DNA from: Octopus vulgaris
Lineage: Eukaryota
Length of the DNA: 64,000 nucleotides
Assembly (NCBI GenBank): GCA_951406725.2
Contig: OX597830.1
Location: forward strand, 53,630,001-53,694,000
Reading direction: 5' to 3'
Shown here: in pieces, positions 38,385 to 54,147 of the stretch
How the letters are laid out: each line of letters starts with the position of its first letter
Numbering within the stretch: position 1 is the stretch's first letter
Notes under the pieces: model-generated
What the model saw: the letters and a program-made list of their open reading frames with translations, nothing else
What the model was told of the DNA's origin: nothing
The model's database searches: none
Position numbers and translations under genes: made by a program

Positions 38385-40625
38385 AATAAAGTCGGGATTC
38401 CCCTCTTCGTCGATCACAGGAACTTAATCTTTCAAGGCGACGACGAGCTGTTCTGTTGGTTTGTATTTTTTTCACAAGACTTTAATTGCTTGACATACGT
38501 CCCCTTCATGATGCCTTTACATGGATTTCCCCTCCTTCGTCTAAAAAGAAAACCAATTCGAAATCTCTACGGTTAAAAGCCTCAACAATCCCATCCGAGA
38601 TTGGTCAAGCCTTTTATTTCTGGATTAAAATAAATTTCGCGCTAATCTCCAAAGATCGGCCTTCCCTCAAAAGTAAAAACCTCTTTGTACAATATTAAAG
38701 AAAAAACTCAATGGATAAATAAACAAAAGAAAAAAACCCCCCATTAAACAGGATCATTCTGAGTTCAAATCTGTTTCTTTTCATCCGTAACGTAACAAGA
38801 AGTTATTTCATTTTGATGTTCTCTAACTGCTTTCACGTTTCTTTCTTCCTCAATCTTGAGGCCTTGCACTTCCAGTAGAAAGGATAATAATAAAGCTGAT
38901 AATAATATTAATAATATATTAGAATAATACAATTTTATTTAAGGCTTGCTAATTAACGGCTTCTTCCTTTCAGTTTTTTTGAAAACCTTTATTATATTTC
39001 TCGTTCTGGTTATCTGATAAATTTTCAATTAACAAATCTGCCTGTCTCGTTGAACAAGTGGTACAACATTCAGAACATTAATATATATGATATATAAACA
39101 AATCTATACACGCACGCAACCCTACTTAAACCGTGTTGGTTAATTTGTTATTTAATATATACTAGAACAAGAAGTCACTTTGGGACCAGATACAGGCATG
39201 GAATATGTTTTCCCAAATTCGGTAAGTAATATTTGATAATAAGATTAGAATTAATTATTATCGATTTTATGATTTCGAAGTATGGTGTTGTTAAAATTTC
39301 ACATTTCATTCCCGGTTTTTAACAGACATATCGTTTATCATCCTCAATTAAACCAGTCTGTCCGCATCCTGTTTGCTTTTTATCATTGGAGAAGAGCAAA
39401 GCTTGCCGTTTATTTTTTGGTCACAATGAGAATGGCATGAGCATCTCCTATAACTGACATGTTTTAACCACTTCTATCGGCTTTAAAAGAAAACAAAACC
39501 GTCATGCTTATACAAGATTTTCGCTAATTGCATAATTGGTAAAATATAATTGTGAATGTGTGGGTATATTGAGAGTATATCTTTATATATGTATGATGGA
39601 TAAAGAAACCACCAGACTTTTGATAAGCCAAAAAAAAAAAAAAAAAAAAGGTGGGGCGGGGAACCAGCTAATTTTATCACAGACTTCTACTTCGATATTA
39701 TATAGCATCTAGTTTACATTTTAAAAATTCTATTCCAGTATCCTCTGTAACAATGTAATGTCTATTTCATTTCTAGCATCGTTCATCTCAACTAGTACTT
39801 TCGGTCTCACGTTTCTTTCTATCCGTCTATCTATCTTTCTGAGGCATGACTGAAACCTTTGCCATTATGTTCTAAAGAACGTAAAAAGCGAAAGCAGGAA
39901 CTAACTAATGGCATATTAGAATATGGACAATTTTATTTATTTATTTTGGTAAATTGCGGTACATTATTCAGAGAGAATCTTACTGTCTTCACATGTTTAG
40001 TGTCTCTTCAAAAAAATTGAAAATCCGTCTCTAGGAAAAAAATTAAATACTACATGCTACATAAACTTGGATTCTGAAGAGGATTATCATAGAATTAAAT
40101 TATAATCTACATTAACAAATATCTTTGCATTTCACATGTTCCTTCGTTTAGAACAAAAACGAAGAGATGAAGATGAAAGCAACAGATTCTAGAAGGATTC
40201 AATAATAATGGTATTTCAGATACCTGAATGGAAACAAATCTATCCCCAGAATGCAATTTTCATTTAAATTCCGTTTGTTCGTGCTTTAAACACTTTATAT
40301 ATGTATAGATATATACGCAAAAACATTTTTTTTTATTCGAACATGCCGTTTTTGAGGATGGTTCATTGTAAGAGAGCATGGACATTCTTAACATACACGA
40401 ACGAACCGTTCATGTATTCTATATCTTACAGCGGCACACACATATACACGCAGACATACAGGCATACCATTGATATACACAGACATATACATCCTCTTGA
40501 AATATATATATGTGTATATATATATATATATACATACACACACACACACAATGTATGTATATTCTATTTCATGGTGAATATGTATAATATTGGGCGCGAA
40601 TCTTAATCTTTATTTACTAATGCAC

Positions 40626-40657
<32 letters not shown>

Positions 40658-40984
40658 TATAATGCATATTTATGAATATATAGGTCTGTATACTTATAAA
40701 TTTGATACACAAACATATACAGCTGTCTAGTCAGATTCTATGAAACGGTAGACCTTGTGAAGGCAATAAAAATTCATTTTTCATATGTATACATATACAT
40801 GTATATACATTCTTGTAATTGCCAGTTTAGTAAATAAATAAATAAATAAATAAGTTAACATAATATAATGCCTAAAAGTTGATGAACCACCTATTCATCC
40901 CCTCCATTTTCTTATTGCTATATATATGTGTGTATTGTAGACATGTGTGCATATATATGTATATGTACAACTTTATATGATTCT

Positions 40985-42140
40985 GTATCTATGTATATGT
41001 ACACGTCCATATGCATGTGTTTATATATGTAGTTTCATGTATGTATATATATATATATACACAAATATGTGTGGGTATATATACATATATGTATAAGTAT
41101 ATTTGGATATATATGTGTGTATATATACACACGTACGTATATATGTGTGTATATATGTATATGCGTGTGTATATATATGTATGTGTATATATATACATGT
41201 GTGTATATATATATATATATATATCTGTGTAGGTGTATAGATATCTATATATATATGTGTGTGTATACGTATATATATGTGTATATATGTGTATGCATAC
41301 ATATGTGTATGTATATATATATGTGTATGTGTATATATCTCTGTATGTGTATGTATATTTGGATACATATATGTGTATATATATATACACACGTACGTAT
41401 ATATGTGTGTATATATGTATGTGTGTGTGTATATATGTATATGTGTATGTATATATATGTATGTGTATATGTGTATGTATATATATGTATGTGTATATGT
41501 ACATGTGTGTATATATATCTGTATATATATTTGTGTATATATATATATCTGTATATGTGTAGGTGTGTAGATATGTGTATATATATATGTATACGTATAT
41601 ATATGTGTATGCATACATATCTGTGTATGTATATATATATGCGTATTTGTATATATCTCTATGTGTATATATATATATTTACATATATACATATGTATAT
41701 AGATATGGGTTGGACAATTTAACCGTGGTCTGGGAAGCCAGGAGGCTGCGCCAGGCTCAAGTCTGATCTGGCAGTGTTTCTACAGCTGAATGCCCTTCAT
41801 AACGCCAACCACTCCGTGAGTGTAGTGGGTGCTTTTTACGTACCACCGGCACATGGGCCAGAGGTGGCTGGCAAACGACCACAATCGGTTGGTGCTTTTT
41901 ACGTGTCACCGATGTATATACATATATGAATATATATGTATATATATATGTATATATATGTTTGTATGTATATGTATATACATGTTTGTATATATATGTA
42001 GATGTATACACATATATGTGTGTGTGTGTATATATATATATGTAGATGTATACACATATATTTGTGTGTATATATATATATATGTAGATGTATACACATA
42101 TATGTATGTATATATATATGTAGATGTATACACATATATG

Positions 42141-42184
<44 letters not shown>

Positions 42185-42654
42185 TGTATACACGTGTGTA
42201 TATATATGTAGGTGTATATACATATGTGTATATATATAGGTGTATATACATATGTGTATATATATATAGGTGTATATAGATATGTGTATATATATATATA
42301 GATGTATATACATATATGTGTGTGTATATATATATATGTATGTATACATGTGTATATACGTGCGTGTATATATATATATGTATGTATATATGTATATATA
42401 GATATATGTTTATATAAATATATATCTATATATCTATATATGTATGTATGTATGCATATGTGTATATATATATGAATGCATATGTGTGTGTATATATATA
42501 TATATATATATGATGATGCATATGTGTGTATATATATATATATATATGAATGCATATGTGTGTGTATATATATATATATATATATGTATGCATATGTGTG
42601 TGTATATATATATATGTATGCATATGTGTGTGTATATATATATATGTATGCATA

Positions 42655-42685
<31 letters not shown>

Positions 42686-43130
42686 GTACGCATATGTTTG
42701 TATGTATATGTGTATATATATATATACGCATGTTTGTATATGTATGTATATCTATATATATCTATATATATATGTATGCATATATGTGTATAAATATATT
42801 TGTACAAATATATATGCATGCATATATATATGTATGTATATGTGTATATATATGTGTATATATATTTGTATATATATGTGTATATATATTTGTATATATA
42901 TGTGTATTTATATTTGTATATATATGTGTATATATATGTGTATATATATTTATATATTTGTGTGTATATATATTTATATATTTGTGTATATATATATTTA
43001 TATATTTGTGTATATATATATTTATACATTTGTGTATATATATATTTATATATTTGTATATATATATATATCTATATACGTATATATATATTTATATATA
43101 TGTATATATATCTATATGTATATATGTGTG
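40985..43130. repeat. (TA/TG)n low-complexity field
   Basis: Seen directly; interrupted by a repeat element at 41707-41911. Confidence 0.95.
41707..41911 (-). mobile_element. RTE-related 3'-end repeat
   Basis: Reverse complement of the GGTTGGCGTT..GAAGGGCAT core, plus two GGTGCTTTTTACG motif units. Confidence 0.8.
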
Positions 43131-43435
43131 TAGCAAAGTGAAATTGTAAGGTACCAACACGAGTGGAAATATATACGAAAGAAGGTTTGAAAATGCAATT
43201 TTAAAGATGTTCATTCACTTGACCGGTTTCACTGTTTTAGAAAAAGATTGTCAAGAGTAACCTGTAAAAGCTTTAAGTACTGGTTGTCACAAAATATTAC
43301 AATACATATATACATTCTTTGATAATAATAAGAAAATGTTAAAAACAGCTTAGAAGGATATATTGTGAGAAAATATTAAACAAAAATTTCAAAAATATAT
43401 ATTAGGATTTCATTAAAAATCATTTTTGTTTTGGA

Positions 43436-43508
<73 letters not shown>

Positions 43509-43846
43509 AAGGTATTAGTTAAAAAACAATCATATTTGGTAGTATATATATATATACACAGAAGTAGATATATGTAGGAGTTTACAAAGAATTTGAGATG
43601 AACTGACCTGTTTTAGCATTTTTTGGTTTGTGTGAAGCTAAAGGTTGTGTGTATGTATGTATGTATATATATATATATATATATATTATGCATATATGTG
43701 TGTATATATGTATGTATATATGTGTGTATATATGTATGCATATATATATATGTATGCATATATGTGTGTATCTATGCAGATATATATATGTATGCAGATA
43801 TGTGTATGTATGTAAATTTATATGCGTATATATATATATATATATA

Positions 43847-44142
43847 TCATCATCATCATCGTTTAACGTCCGTTTTCCATGCTAGCATGGGTTGGACGGT
43901 TCAACCGGGGGCTGAGAAGCCAGGATGCTGCACCAGGCTCCAGTCTGATCTGGCAGTATTTCTACAGCTGGATGCCCTTCCTAACGCCAACCACTCCGTG
44001 AGTGTAGTGGGTGCTTTTTACGTGCCAGGGGAGGCTGGCAACGGCCATGATCGGTTGGTGCTTTTTATGTGCCAGCGGCATCGAAGCCAGTCGATGTGGT
44101 GCTGGCATCGGCCACGTACGGATGGTGCTTTTTACATGCCGC
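43847..44142 (-). mobile_element. RTE-related 3'-end repeat with (CAT)n tail
   Basis: (CAT)n-CGTTTAACGTCCG...GGATGCCCTTCCTAACGCCAACC followed by three motif units. Confidence 0.85.
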
Positions 44143-44169
44143 ATATATATGCATATATATGTGTCATTA

Positions 44170-45390
44170 TTAGGGTTAGGATTGGCAATGGGTATAGTGA
44201 AGAATACCGGGTAGAAGTAGGTGTCCCTTAACTTCCACTTATTCATCATTGTCCTCTACGCAATAACAGTGGAATTCAGGATGGGTTGCCCCTGCGAGCT
44301 CCCCTATGCTGAATGACCTGGCCCTCATAGCAGAATCACTACCAGAACTAGAGAAGAAATTTCAGGTGTGGAAGTAAGGTTTAGAATCGAAGGGCCTTAG
44401 AGTTAATGTTGCAAAGACTAAAGTTCTAGTAAGTAGGAAGGCGAACACATCACACACCCCTTCAGGTGGGTGGCTGTGCTCGATCTGTAGAAAAGGTGTA
44501 GGTAGAAACTCTATAAGATCTACCCAGTGTAAATTATGGACATATAAGAGATGCAGTACTATCGAAGGAAGATTAACTGGGAGGATAGCTTTCGTGTCAG
44601 CAGATGCACAGGGACAAAAAGCACCACAGACGCTCAGAAATCAGATTCCATCATATGCCATGGGGAGAAACTAGAAGTAGTTGATAGCTTCCGCTACCTA
44701 GGTGACCAAGTCTGTAGTGTGGGTTGATACTAGAATAAGAATAATCTGGGCAAAGTTCAGACAGCTCCTACCCCTACAGGTGAGAAAGGGCCTCTTGCTC
44801 AGAGTGAAAGGTAGATTGTATGATGCATGTGTGCAGACTGCAGAGGACATGCGTAGGCTTGAAAGAAATGAACCTTGCATGAACCGCTGGATGTTTATTG
44901 TCAGTGTGCACACACAACAGAGTGTAAACGCCCTGAGAGAAATGTTGGACATAAGAAGCATCGGATGTGGCGTGCAAGAGAGACGTTTGCGTTGGTATGG
45001 TCATGCATTGTGGATGTACGAGGTGAGCTGTGTGAAGAAGTGTCACTCCCAAACAGCTGAAGGAATCCGGGGTAGAGGGAGACCTAGGAAGACTTGGGAT
45101 GAGGTGGTGAAGCATGACCTTCGAACGTTGGTCCTCACAGAGGCAGACAAAAGAGCGAGACCTCTGCAGGCATGGTATGACTGAGTTCACAGCTGTAACC
45201 TACACCAGTGTCGTATAACCCACTCAAAAGTGCCTTGGATCGTAGGGCGACATGCCGTGCTTGAGGAGACCTATTGAGTCAAGTACATCAACATCAGCTT
45301 GAATATCAAAATCAAATCAAATTACAAGTGGAAAATGTAGTTGTGACCCCTGTGCCGGTGGCACGTAAAACGTACCATCCGAACGTGCGA
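44170..45390 (+). pseudogene. 5'-truncated degenerate RTE LINE (RT C-terminal half, Cys-rich insert, part of the 3' UTR)
   Basis: Translates with frameshifts to YSEEYRVEVGV..LFIIVL..PYA.DLALIAES..GLRVNVAKTKVL..WLCSICRKGVGRNSI..FRYLGD..RRLRWYGH..RGRGRPRKTW. Confidence 0.85.
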
Positions 45391-45503
45391 TTTGTGGGTA
45401 TGTAACTATGTCTAATTTATATCTATCGGTCTCTCATTATGTATACAGGGTTGGCCAAAAGTCACCTGACAGTAAATCAAAACCCATTCAAGTCCAAGAT
45501 TAC

Positions 45504-46201
45504 GGATCCCTAAGTTTTAGATGTCGGAAATTACGAATATGCAAAATAAATTTATCCCCTCTCCACCCCCTTAAAATTTTGAACTTTTTCAAAATTTTTT
45601 CCTCCTATATTTTAGATGACATAGATTCCGAATATGCAAGAAACCAGGTTTTCAAAATTTTAAATTCAGTAATCATATAGATATGTGTATAAAGAGACAG
45701 ACAGATATGAATGTCTTCCCGGGGCTAAAAACAACAGTAACACCGTCCTCTATAGGACTGCCACCTTTAGTTGACAAATATATCTTATGAATAAACGGAC
45801 AGGGATAAATAGACATAAATAAATAAATGGATGAAAAAGTTCACAATTTAAAATTGAGGGAGGGGGTGAAATTTGAGCCCCTTATTAAACTTTATAACAT
45901 TAATTCTTAAACACTAATGTTTGTTTCTCATAAAATGGTGTATATTTAATTTACATTTATTTACTATTTATGATTATTTAAGGCAAACACAAGTAAAATG
46001 CAAATTCTTTTCACTTTAATGTTTTTGTCTGTATTTAATTTCGATTTGCATATGTTCGTCAATTCGCTAAGATCTCTTGAAAGTAAACAAAATCAAAACT
46101 TTAAATTGGGTAGGGGGGGGGGTGTCGAAGAGGTGAGGGGGTGGAATTTAAAAAATAAAAATTTGTCCTATTCGTATTCGACATCTAAAACGTAGGGATC
46201 G
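45504..46201. mobile_element. About 700-bp MITE-like element with terminal inverted repeats
   Basis: GATCCCTAAGTTTTAGATGTCG at about 45505 pairs with CGACATCTAAAACGTAGGGATC ending at 46200. Weaker inverted similarity (TACGAATA, CCACCCCCT) extends inward. A TA-CAGGGTTGGCCAAAAGTCACC Tc1-like end lies just upstream at about 45444. Confidence 0.6.
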
Positions 46202-46446
46202 GAAAAAACTTTTTTTCAAACAAATGCATTTTTCAAGGAGAGGTGCGAAACTGCATTAGCCCCACATACATACATACACACACATATAAATTAATATATA
46301 AATATATGCATATATACATACATATATGTACATACCTACATATATATGTATATATACATGCATATATGGGTACAGGACTTAAAAAAAAAACGTTGAACAC
46401 AATGAGAAACAAAAACATGGAAAACGACCTTTTTTTCGAACAACGT

Positions 46447-46974
<528 letters not shown>

Positions 46975-48900
46975 CTTTGATACTTTGATACTTTGATAGG
47001 TTTCGGCCATTATTGGCCCAGGCCATGTCTAACTTAATAGCACCACCTGGTGAAGTCTTTCAAGTCAGAATTTGGGCACTATGGCCCACTCAAGTAGAGA
47101 GTTATTGTTTACAGAGACATATCCGGGTGTAGGGGGTTTATCCGGGATTTCTTGAAGGAATCTGTCCAAAGACTTCTTGAACCCTATAGGGTCAGTTTCT
47201 GTTTTAATGTGTTTTGGTGTAATGTTAAAGAGAGCGGGGCCAATTGAGGTGAAATAATTGTGCCGTATTGTTGTTATGAGATGAGAGTGCGATTTTTGTT
47301 TTGGGCGGATGGCACGGGGCCCAAGCCTTGGATGTACCTTAAAGGTGATGCCAACATCATTTGGGCAATGCTGATGGAATATTTTCCACATCATGCAGAT
47401 GATGTAGCGCTCACGACGACGTTGGAGAGAATAGAGTTTTAGCTTTTCTAGTCGACCCCAATAGTCGAGGCCTGTCATGCCATCTATCTTTTTTGTGATT
47501 GCCCTTTGAGGTGCTTCGACTTTTTTGATACCTTGTATTGTGTGGGGAGACCACAGTGGACAACAGTATTCAAGGTGGGGTCGGGCAAAAGTGGAGAAGA
47601 GAAGGATAATGGTGTGGATATCTCTCGACTGGAAAGTTCTGAGAATCCAGGAACACATTCTGCGGGCCATGTCAACTTTGGTGTTTATATGAGTGGCCCA
47701 GCTTACGTTGTTGTCCACAATTACTCCCAAGTCTCTGATGTTGTTGGACGCCGCGAGAGTTTCACCTGAAGGAAGGGAGTATGGGAGTTTCAGGGCATCC
47801 TCTTTTCCAAAGTGGATTAGCTCAAATTTATCCTCGTTCAGCAGCATATTGTTTTTTTCTGCCCATTGGATAACAGCCAGTAGATCTGACTGAAGGCATG
47901 TCCGGTCACTCGCCTCATTTATGACCTTCTGTATCTTGGAGTCATCTGCAAAGATTTTTATGTTGCTGTGCTTGATGATGTCATTAATGTCATTAATGTA
48001 AATGATGAAAAGAAGTGGGCCCAGCACAGTGCCTTGCGGAACGCCACTACTGACTTTGGCTGGGCTTGATTTTACCCCTTCAACTACAACATGTTGAGAT
48101 CTGTCTGTCAGGAAACACTTAATCCATTTCAGTAACTTTCCAGAGACACCAATGTTGGATAGTTTTTTCAATAGGATCTTGTGATCGACCCTGTCGAAGG
48201 CCTTACTGAAATCAAGGTAGATGACATCGGTGTTGGAGCCCTCTCCCAAAGCTCTCAAAATGTCCTCAAAGTGATGCAGGAGCTGCGTTAGGCAGTCCCT
48301 TCCATTACGGAACCCATGTTGGTTGGAGATCAGCCGTCTGTTGCTTTCCAGAAATTGGGTTATTTGAGATCTCACCACCCTCTCAAATACCTTGATGATA
48401 TGAGAGGTGAGTGAGATCGGACGGTAATTCACTGCAAGGGACTTGTTTCCCTTTTTGAAAACTGGGACAACAGACTGGGACAGAAGGTTTTTTGGAATAT
48501 AGCCAGCATCCAGTGAGTTTCTCCACAGATTAGCAAGGGGAGATGCAAGTTGGTGTCGACACACCTTCAGGACACAAGCAGGGAACCTATCGGGGCCTAC
48601 TGCTGAATTGTGTTTTATTTCGTTTATCGCCGCTAAGACATCAGGGGCACTAAACGTTATGTCCGATATAGTGTGTTGGGGGTTGACATCACTGATACAG
48701 CCCAGATCGGCCATATCAGGATTGCTGAAAACAGAGCAGTATTGTTTCTGCAGTATCTCGGCCATGGATTTGGCATTATCTTGGAGAGTGCCAGTTTCGT
48801 CAATTAGAGGGCCTACAGTGGAGACAGTGACCCTGCGTTTCCTCGCAAATGAAAAGAACACTTTGGGGTTGAGTTTGATTTTTTTCAATGGCCCACTTCT
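46975..48900 (-). mobile_element. 5'-truncated CR1-group LINE with intact 3' end
   Basis: RT ORF, short 3' UTR with a GGCCA-ATAA-TGGCC stem-loop, and an 8-bp tandem tail (TATCAAAG)x3 at 46975-46998. Confidence 0.88.
47065..48900 (-). CDS. Reverse transcriptase ORF2 fragment (about 610 uninterrupted codons, no endonuclease domain, no native start)
   Basis: Motifs [68 protein letters not shown] and [13 protein letters not shown]. The track's MYIYI N-terminus is microsatellite. Confidence 0.88.
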   Translation of the reverse strand, partial: RSGPLKKIKLNPKVFFSFARKRRVTVSTVGPLIDETGTLQDNAKSMAEILQKQYCSVFSNPDMADLGCISDVNPQHTISDITFSAPDVLAAINEIKHNSAVGPDRFPACVLKVCRHQLASPLANLWRNSLDAGYIPKNLLSQSVVPVFKKGNKSLAVNYRPISLTSHIIKVFERVVRSQITQFLESNRRLISNQHGFRNGRDCLTQLLHHFEDILRALGEGSNTDVIYLDFSKAFDRVDHKILLKKLSNIGVSGKLLKWIKCFLTDRSQHVVVEGVKSSPAKVSSGVPQGTVLGPLLFIIYINDINDIIKHSNIKIFADDSKIQKVINEASDRTCLQSDLLAVIQWAEKNNMLLNEDKFELIHFGKEDALKLPYSLPSGETLAASNNIRDLGVIVDNNVSWATHINTKVDMARRMCSWILRTFQSRDIHTIILLFSTFARPHLEYCCPLWSPHTIQGIKKVEAPQRAITKKIDGMTGLDYWGRLEKLKLYSLQRRRERYIICMMWKIFHQHCPNDVGITFKVHPRLGPRAIRPKQKSHSHLITTIRHNYFTSIGPALFNITPKHIKTETDPIGFKKSLDRFLQEIPDKPPTPGYVSVNNNSLLEWAIVPKF

Positions 48901-50566
<1,666 letters not shown>

Positions 50567-51461
50567 GAAACGTACTTTTGTACGATTGTGTACAATTCTG
50601 TACCATACATACACACACAGTGCTATTAAAGTACATCAGTGCACGCCTACACTTGCACTCTTACATGTATATCAAAGTGCTTGCATGCCTACCCCTGCGC
50701 ATTACATCGGGTATATATCAATGGATAGATGTAAACAGAAGGAGCAAGATTGAGTTATATAACATAGGTAAATATTGTTGTTATTTAACTCCGGGTTAGC
50801 CTACATTCAGGATGGTGACCAGCCTATTATTTTCTCTCAGTGTAAACCGAAATATTATATACGTCTAGCTGTCTAGACGTATTTAAAGGCCTCGATTAAA
50901 TAGGCCCCTAGACAGATTTATGAGAGGCCAAGATTAGCATTGCTTGATTTGATATTTTCTTGAGATTCTTGGGTCAGCGACGAATGTAACGTTCAGATGA
51001 ATGTTTCTGTCTCTTCTTAGTCATAACAAACAACTGCAATAAAACACAACACCGCTAATCTAAAGACAGCGGGGGGAAGCAAGGAAAGAGTTGGAATGGA
51101 ATCGTTGCCCATTCATTACTTCAAGATCGATAATCTTTACATTGCGGTACACAATCACATACAAACACACACACACGCTCTCTCTCTCTCTCATACGCAC
51201 AGTGTGTGTGTGTGTGTGTGTGTGTGTATGTAATATATATGTATATAGAGAGCAATGGTGTAAATAAAGGCAGTCGATCTAGTAATAGCTCGCTGCTACT
51301 AGCATCACCATCACATCTAGCAATGAGTTTTTTTTTTTTTGTGTGTCTCTCACTCTCTTTGTACGTCTCTCTCTCTCTCTCGTCACTCTTTTCTCGGTGT
51401 CTGATTATTTGACTGGCAGCGAGATTATGAATGGCAAACCTTTTCAGACTGCTACTGTTTT

Positions 51462-51564
<103 letters not shown>

Positions 51565-52110
51565 AGAATACTGACAGCAGTTATATTTTCCCTATTACTA
51601 TAATCACCCCTATTGCCACCCTTCACATCACCACCATCATGGTCACTAACAACTACCTTTACCCCTCTTCGCAACCTACTCCACCCCCACTGGGGATTGC
51701 CCTCTCTGACTGTGTAGGAAGGGGAAACAGCTTGTGATTGACCTCAACGTGAACCCAAGATTAGGGAGGGCTGACCATTTCAACTGTATTGCTGTTTAGT
51801 CCCTCTCAGCCCTTATCTATAAAGCAATCGGAAGTTATGATCAAATTCAATCCAACTGTGACCATCCCATTTTTTTTATCAATATGGTCTACACTATTCA
51901 GTGTATCTTTTTATTACACAGTAGGGAGCAATATGAGGAAGTTTTAGCTACTATGTCATGACGGTCTGACAACTTATAAACATACCCATACCATTTAGCA
52001 TTAACTTTTGGGGTAGGGAGAGCACCCAATACCTTTGTAGAGATTACTAATATTTTATTTTGGTCAGCTTCTTGCCACTCTGAGTTTCACATGAAGGCAC
52101 ACAGGATCTT

Positions 52111-52339
52111 CGTGGCTGTGTGGTAAGTAGCTTGTTTACCAACCACATGGTTCTGGGTTCAGTCCCACTGCGTGGCACCTTGGGCAAGTGTCTTCTACTA
52201 TAGCCTCGGGCCGACCAAAGCCTTGTGAGTGGATTTGGTAGACGAGAACTGAAAGAAGCCCATCGTATATATGTATATGTATGTATATATATATATATGT
52301 ATGTATGTATATATGTATGTATGTATATATGTATGTATG

Positions 52340-52374
<35 letters not shown>

Positions 52375-52584
52375 GCGTGTGTGTGTTTGTGTGTCTGTGT
52401 TTGTCCCCCTAGCATTGCTTGACAACTGATGCTGGTGTGTTTATGTCCCCGTTACTTAGCGGTTCAACAAAAGAGACCGATAGAATAAGTACTGGACTTA
52501 CAAAAGAATAAGTCCTGGGGTTGCTCGATTAAAGGCGGTGCTCCAGCATGGCCGCAGTCAAATGACTGAAACAAGTAAAAGAGT
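52111..52584 (+). mobile_element. tRNA-derived CORE-type SINE, near full length
   Basis: Near-identical to 32789-33198 but with a longer internal microsatellite. Confidence 0.88.
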
Positions 52585-53044
52585 ATTCCTTCATTGTCAC
52601 TTATTTCCTACTCTTTCCCCAAGTAACTCATCTTCATTGGTTGCCCTACCCCATAGCCATCATTTATTACATCCACCTCTCAACACTACTCAATTTCTAC
52701 AGTTGCACCCTACTGTGCCCTACCTTTCCCTATTTATCATCCCTTGACACTTGCTCTTCATCATATTCACCCTCTAACTCATTCCCCATCTGTTACTCTC
52801 TCATACACTCACATCCTCTATCTATTCACACTTTCTGTTCTTCTGTCCCCCTTCTACTCACCTTGTATCTTGAGGGGTCACCCTGACATCTCATCACCTC
52901 TATTTTCACCTTTCCATCTTTACACCCACCCCTGGTCACCCCAAACAGCAAGAAATCTGTTCTGTTCTAGCCCCTTCTCTTATATTTTATCCCTTTATTG
53001 CCTAACATAAAAACATCTCCCCTTCTGCTGTAGTTCCACTCAGT

Positions 53045-53265
53045 GGAAGAGAATCTTGAGTCTTGCAAGATGCATGGCAATCTCACTAGTGCTTGTGCTA
53101 TGTAAAAATGCCTCTAGTACATATAAAGTGGTTGGCATTAGGAAGGACATCCAGCTGTAGAAAGCATGACAGAGCAGACATTGGAATACAGTGCAGTCTT
53201 CAGACCTGTTGGATCCTATCAAACTGTCCAACCCATGCCTGCATGGGACATGGATATTAAATGAT
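53045..53265 (+). mobile_element. Diverged RTE-related 3'-end repeat
   Basis: GTGGTTGGCATTAGGAAGGACATCCAGCTGTAG...TCCAACCCATGCCTGCATGG. Confidence 0.7.
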
Positions 53266-53517
53266 ATATCTTCTCTCTTGTTCATTTAGTAACTTTTAAA
53301 AACTGGTGAGTTTCTATGGCAACTAAAATGACATTCTAGCTCATGTGGTCACTATTTTAGAAACTCTATGAAATTTATAGAGGGAGATTTGATTGCTATA
53401 TCAAGCTGGCTCAATAGTGGTTACTTAGTCAGATAAAGTAGGGTCAACTCTCCCTAATTCATACGACACTATCTTAACATGGGAAGGATACACTATGCTT
53501 AAATAGAAATAAAGTAG

Positions 53518-53705
53518 TCATCATCATCATCGTTTAACGTCCGTTTTCCATGCTAGCACGGGTTTGACGGTTTGACTGGGGTCTGGGAAGCCAGATGGCT
53601 GCACCAGGCTCCAGTTTGATCTGGCAGTGTTTCTACAGCTGGATGCCCTTCCTAATGCCAACCACTCCGTGAGTGTAGTGGGTGCTTTTTACATGCCACC
53701 GGCAT
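53518..53705 (-). mobile_element. RTE-related 3'-end repeat
   Basis: (CAT)n tail, core and one motif unit in reverse orientation. Confidence 0.85.
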
Positions 53706-53749
53706 TAAAAATAATAGGGAATTTGCAAACCATGTAAGATGTTATAATA

Positions 53750-54147
53750 GCTATGGCACTCGAACCCCGTGCTAGTAGGGTATTAAGAGCACCATCCAAG
53801 CATGATCATTGCCAGAGCGGCTATCTGGCCTCCATGCTGGTGGCACGTAAAAGACACCATTTGTGCGTGATCGTTACCAGCACCGCCTTACTGGCACCTG
53901 TGCCGGTGGCATGTGTAAAAGATTTGAGTGAGATCGTTGCCAGTACCCGCTGACTAGCCCCGTGCCGGTGGCATGTAAAAGCACCAACTACACTCATGGA
54001 GTGGTTGGCGTTAGGAAGGGTATCCAGCTGTAGAAACTCTGCTAGATCAAGATTGGAGCCTGGTGCAGCCATCTGGTTCGCCAGCCCTCAGTCAAATTGT
54101 CTAACCCATGCTAGCATGGAAAGCGGATGTTAAACGATGATGATGAT
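53750..54147 (+). mobile_element. RTE-related 3'-end repeat, head-to-head with the previous copy
   Basis: Motif units, GGTTGGCGTTAGGAAGGG core and (GAT)n tail. Confidence 0.85.

Noticed and set aside
40989-43149. YI/MCV-repeat ORFs up to 376 aa
   Set aside because: (TA/TG)n repeats rarely contain stop codons; there is no coding signal.
50859-50882. ATACGTCTAG-CTGT-CTAGACGTAT 10-bp hairpin
   Set aside because: An isolated short palindrome with no supporting context.
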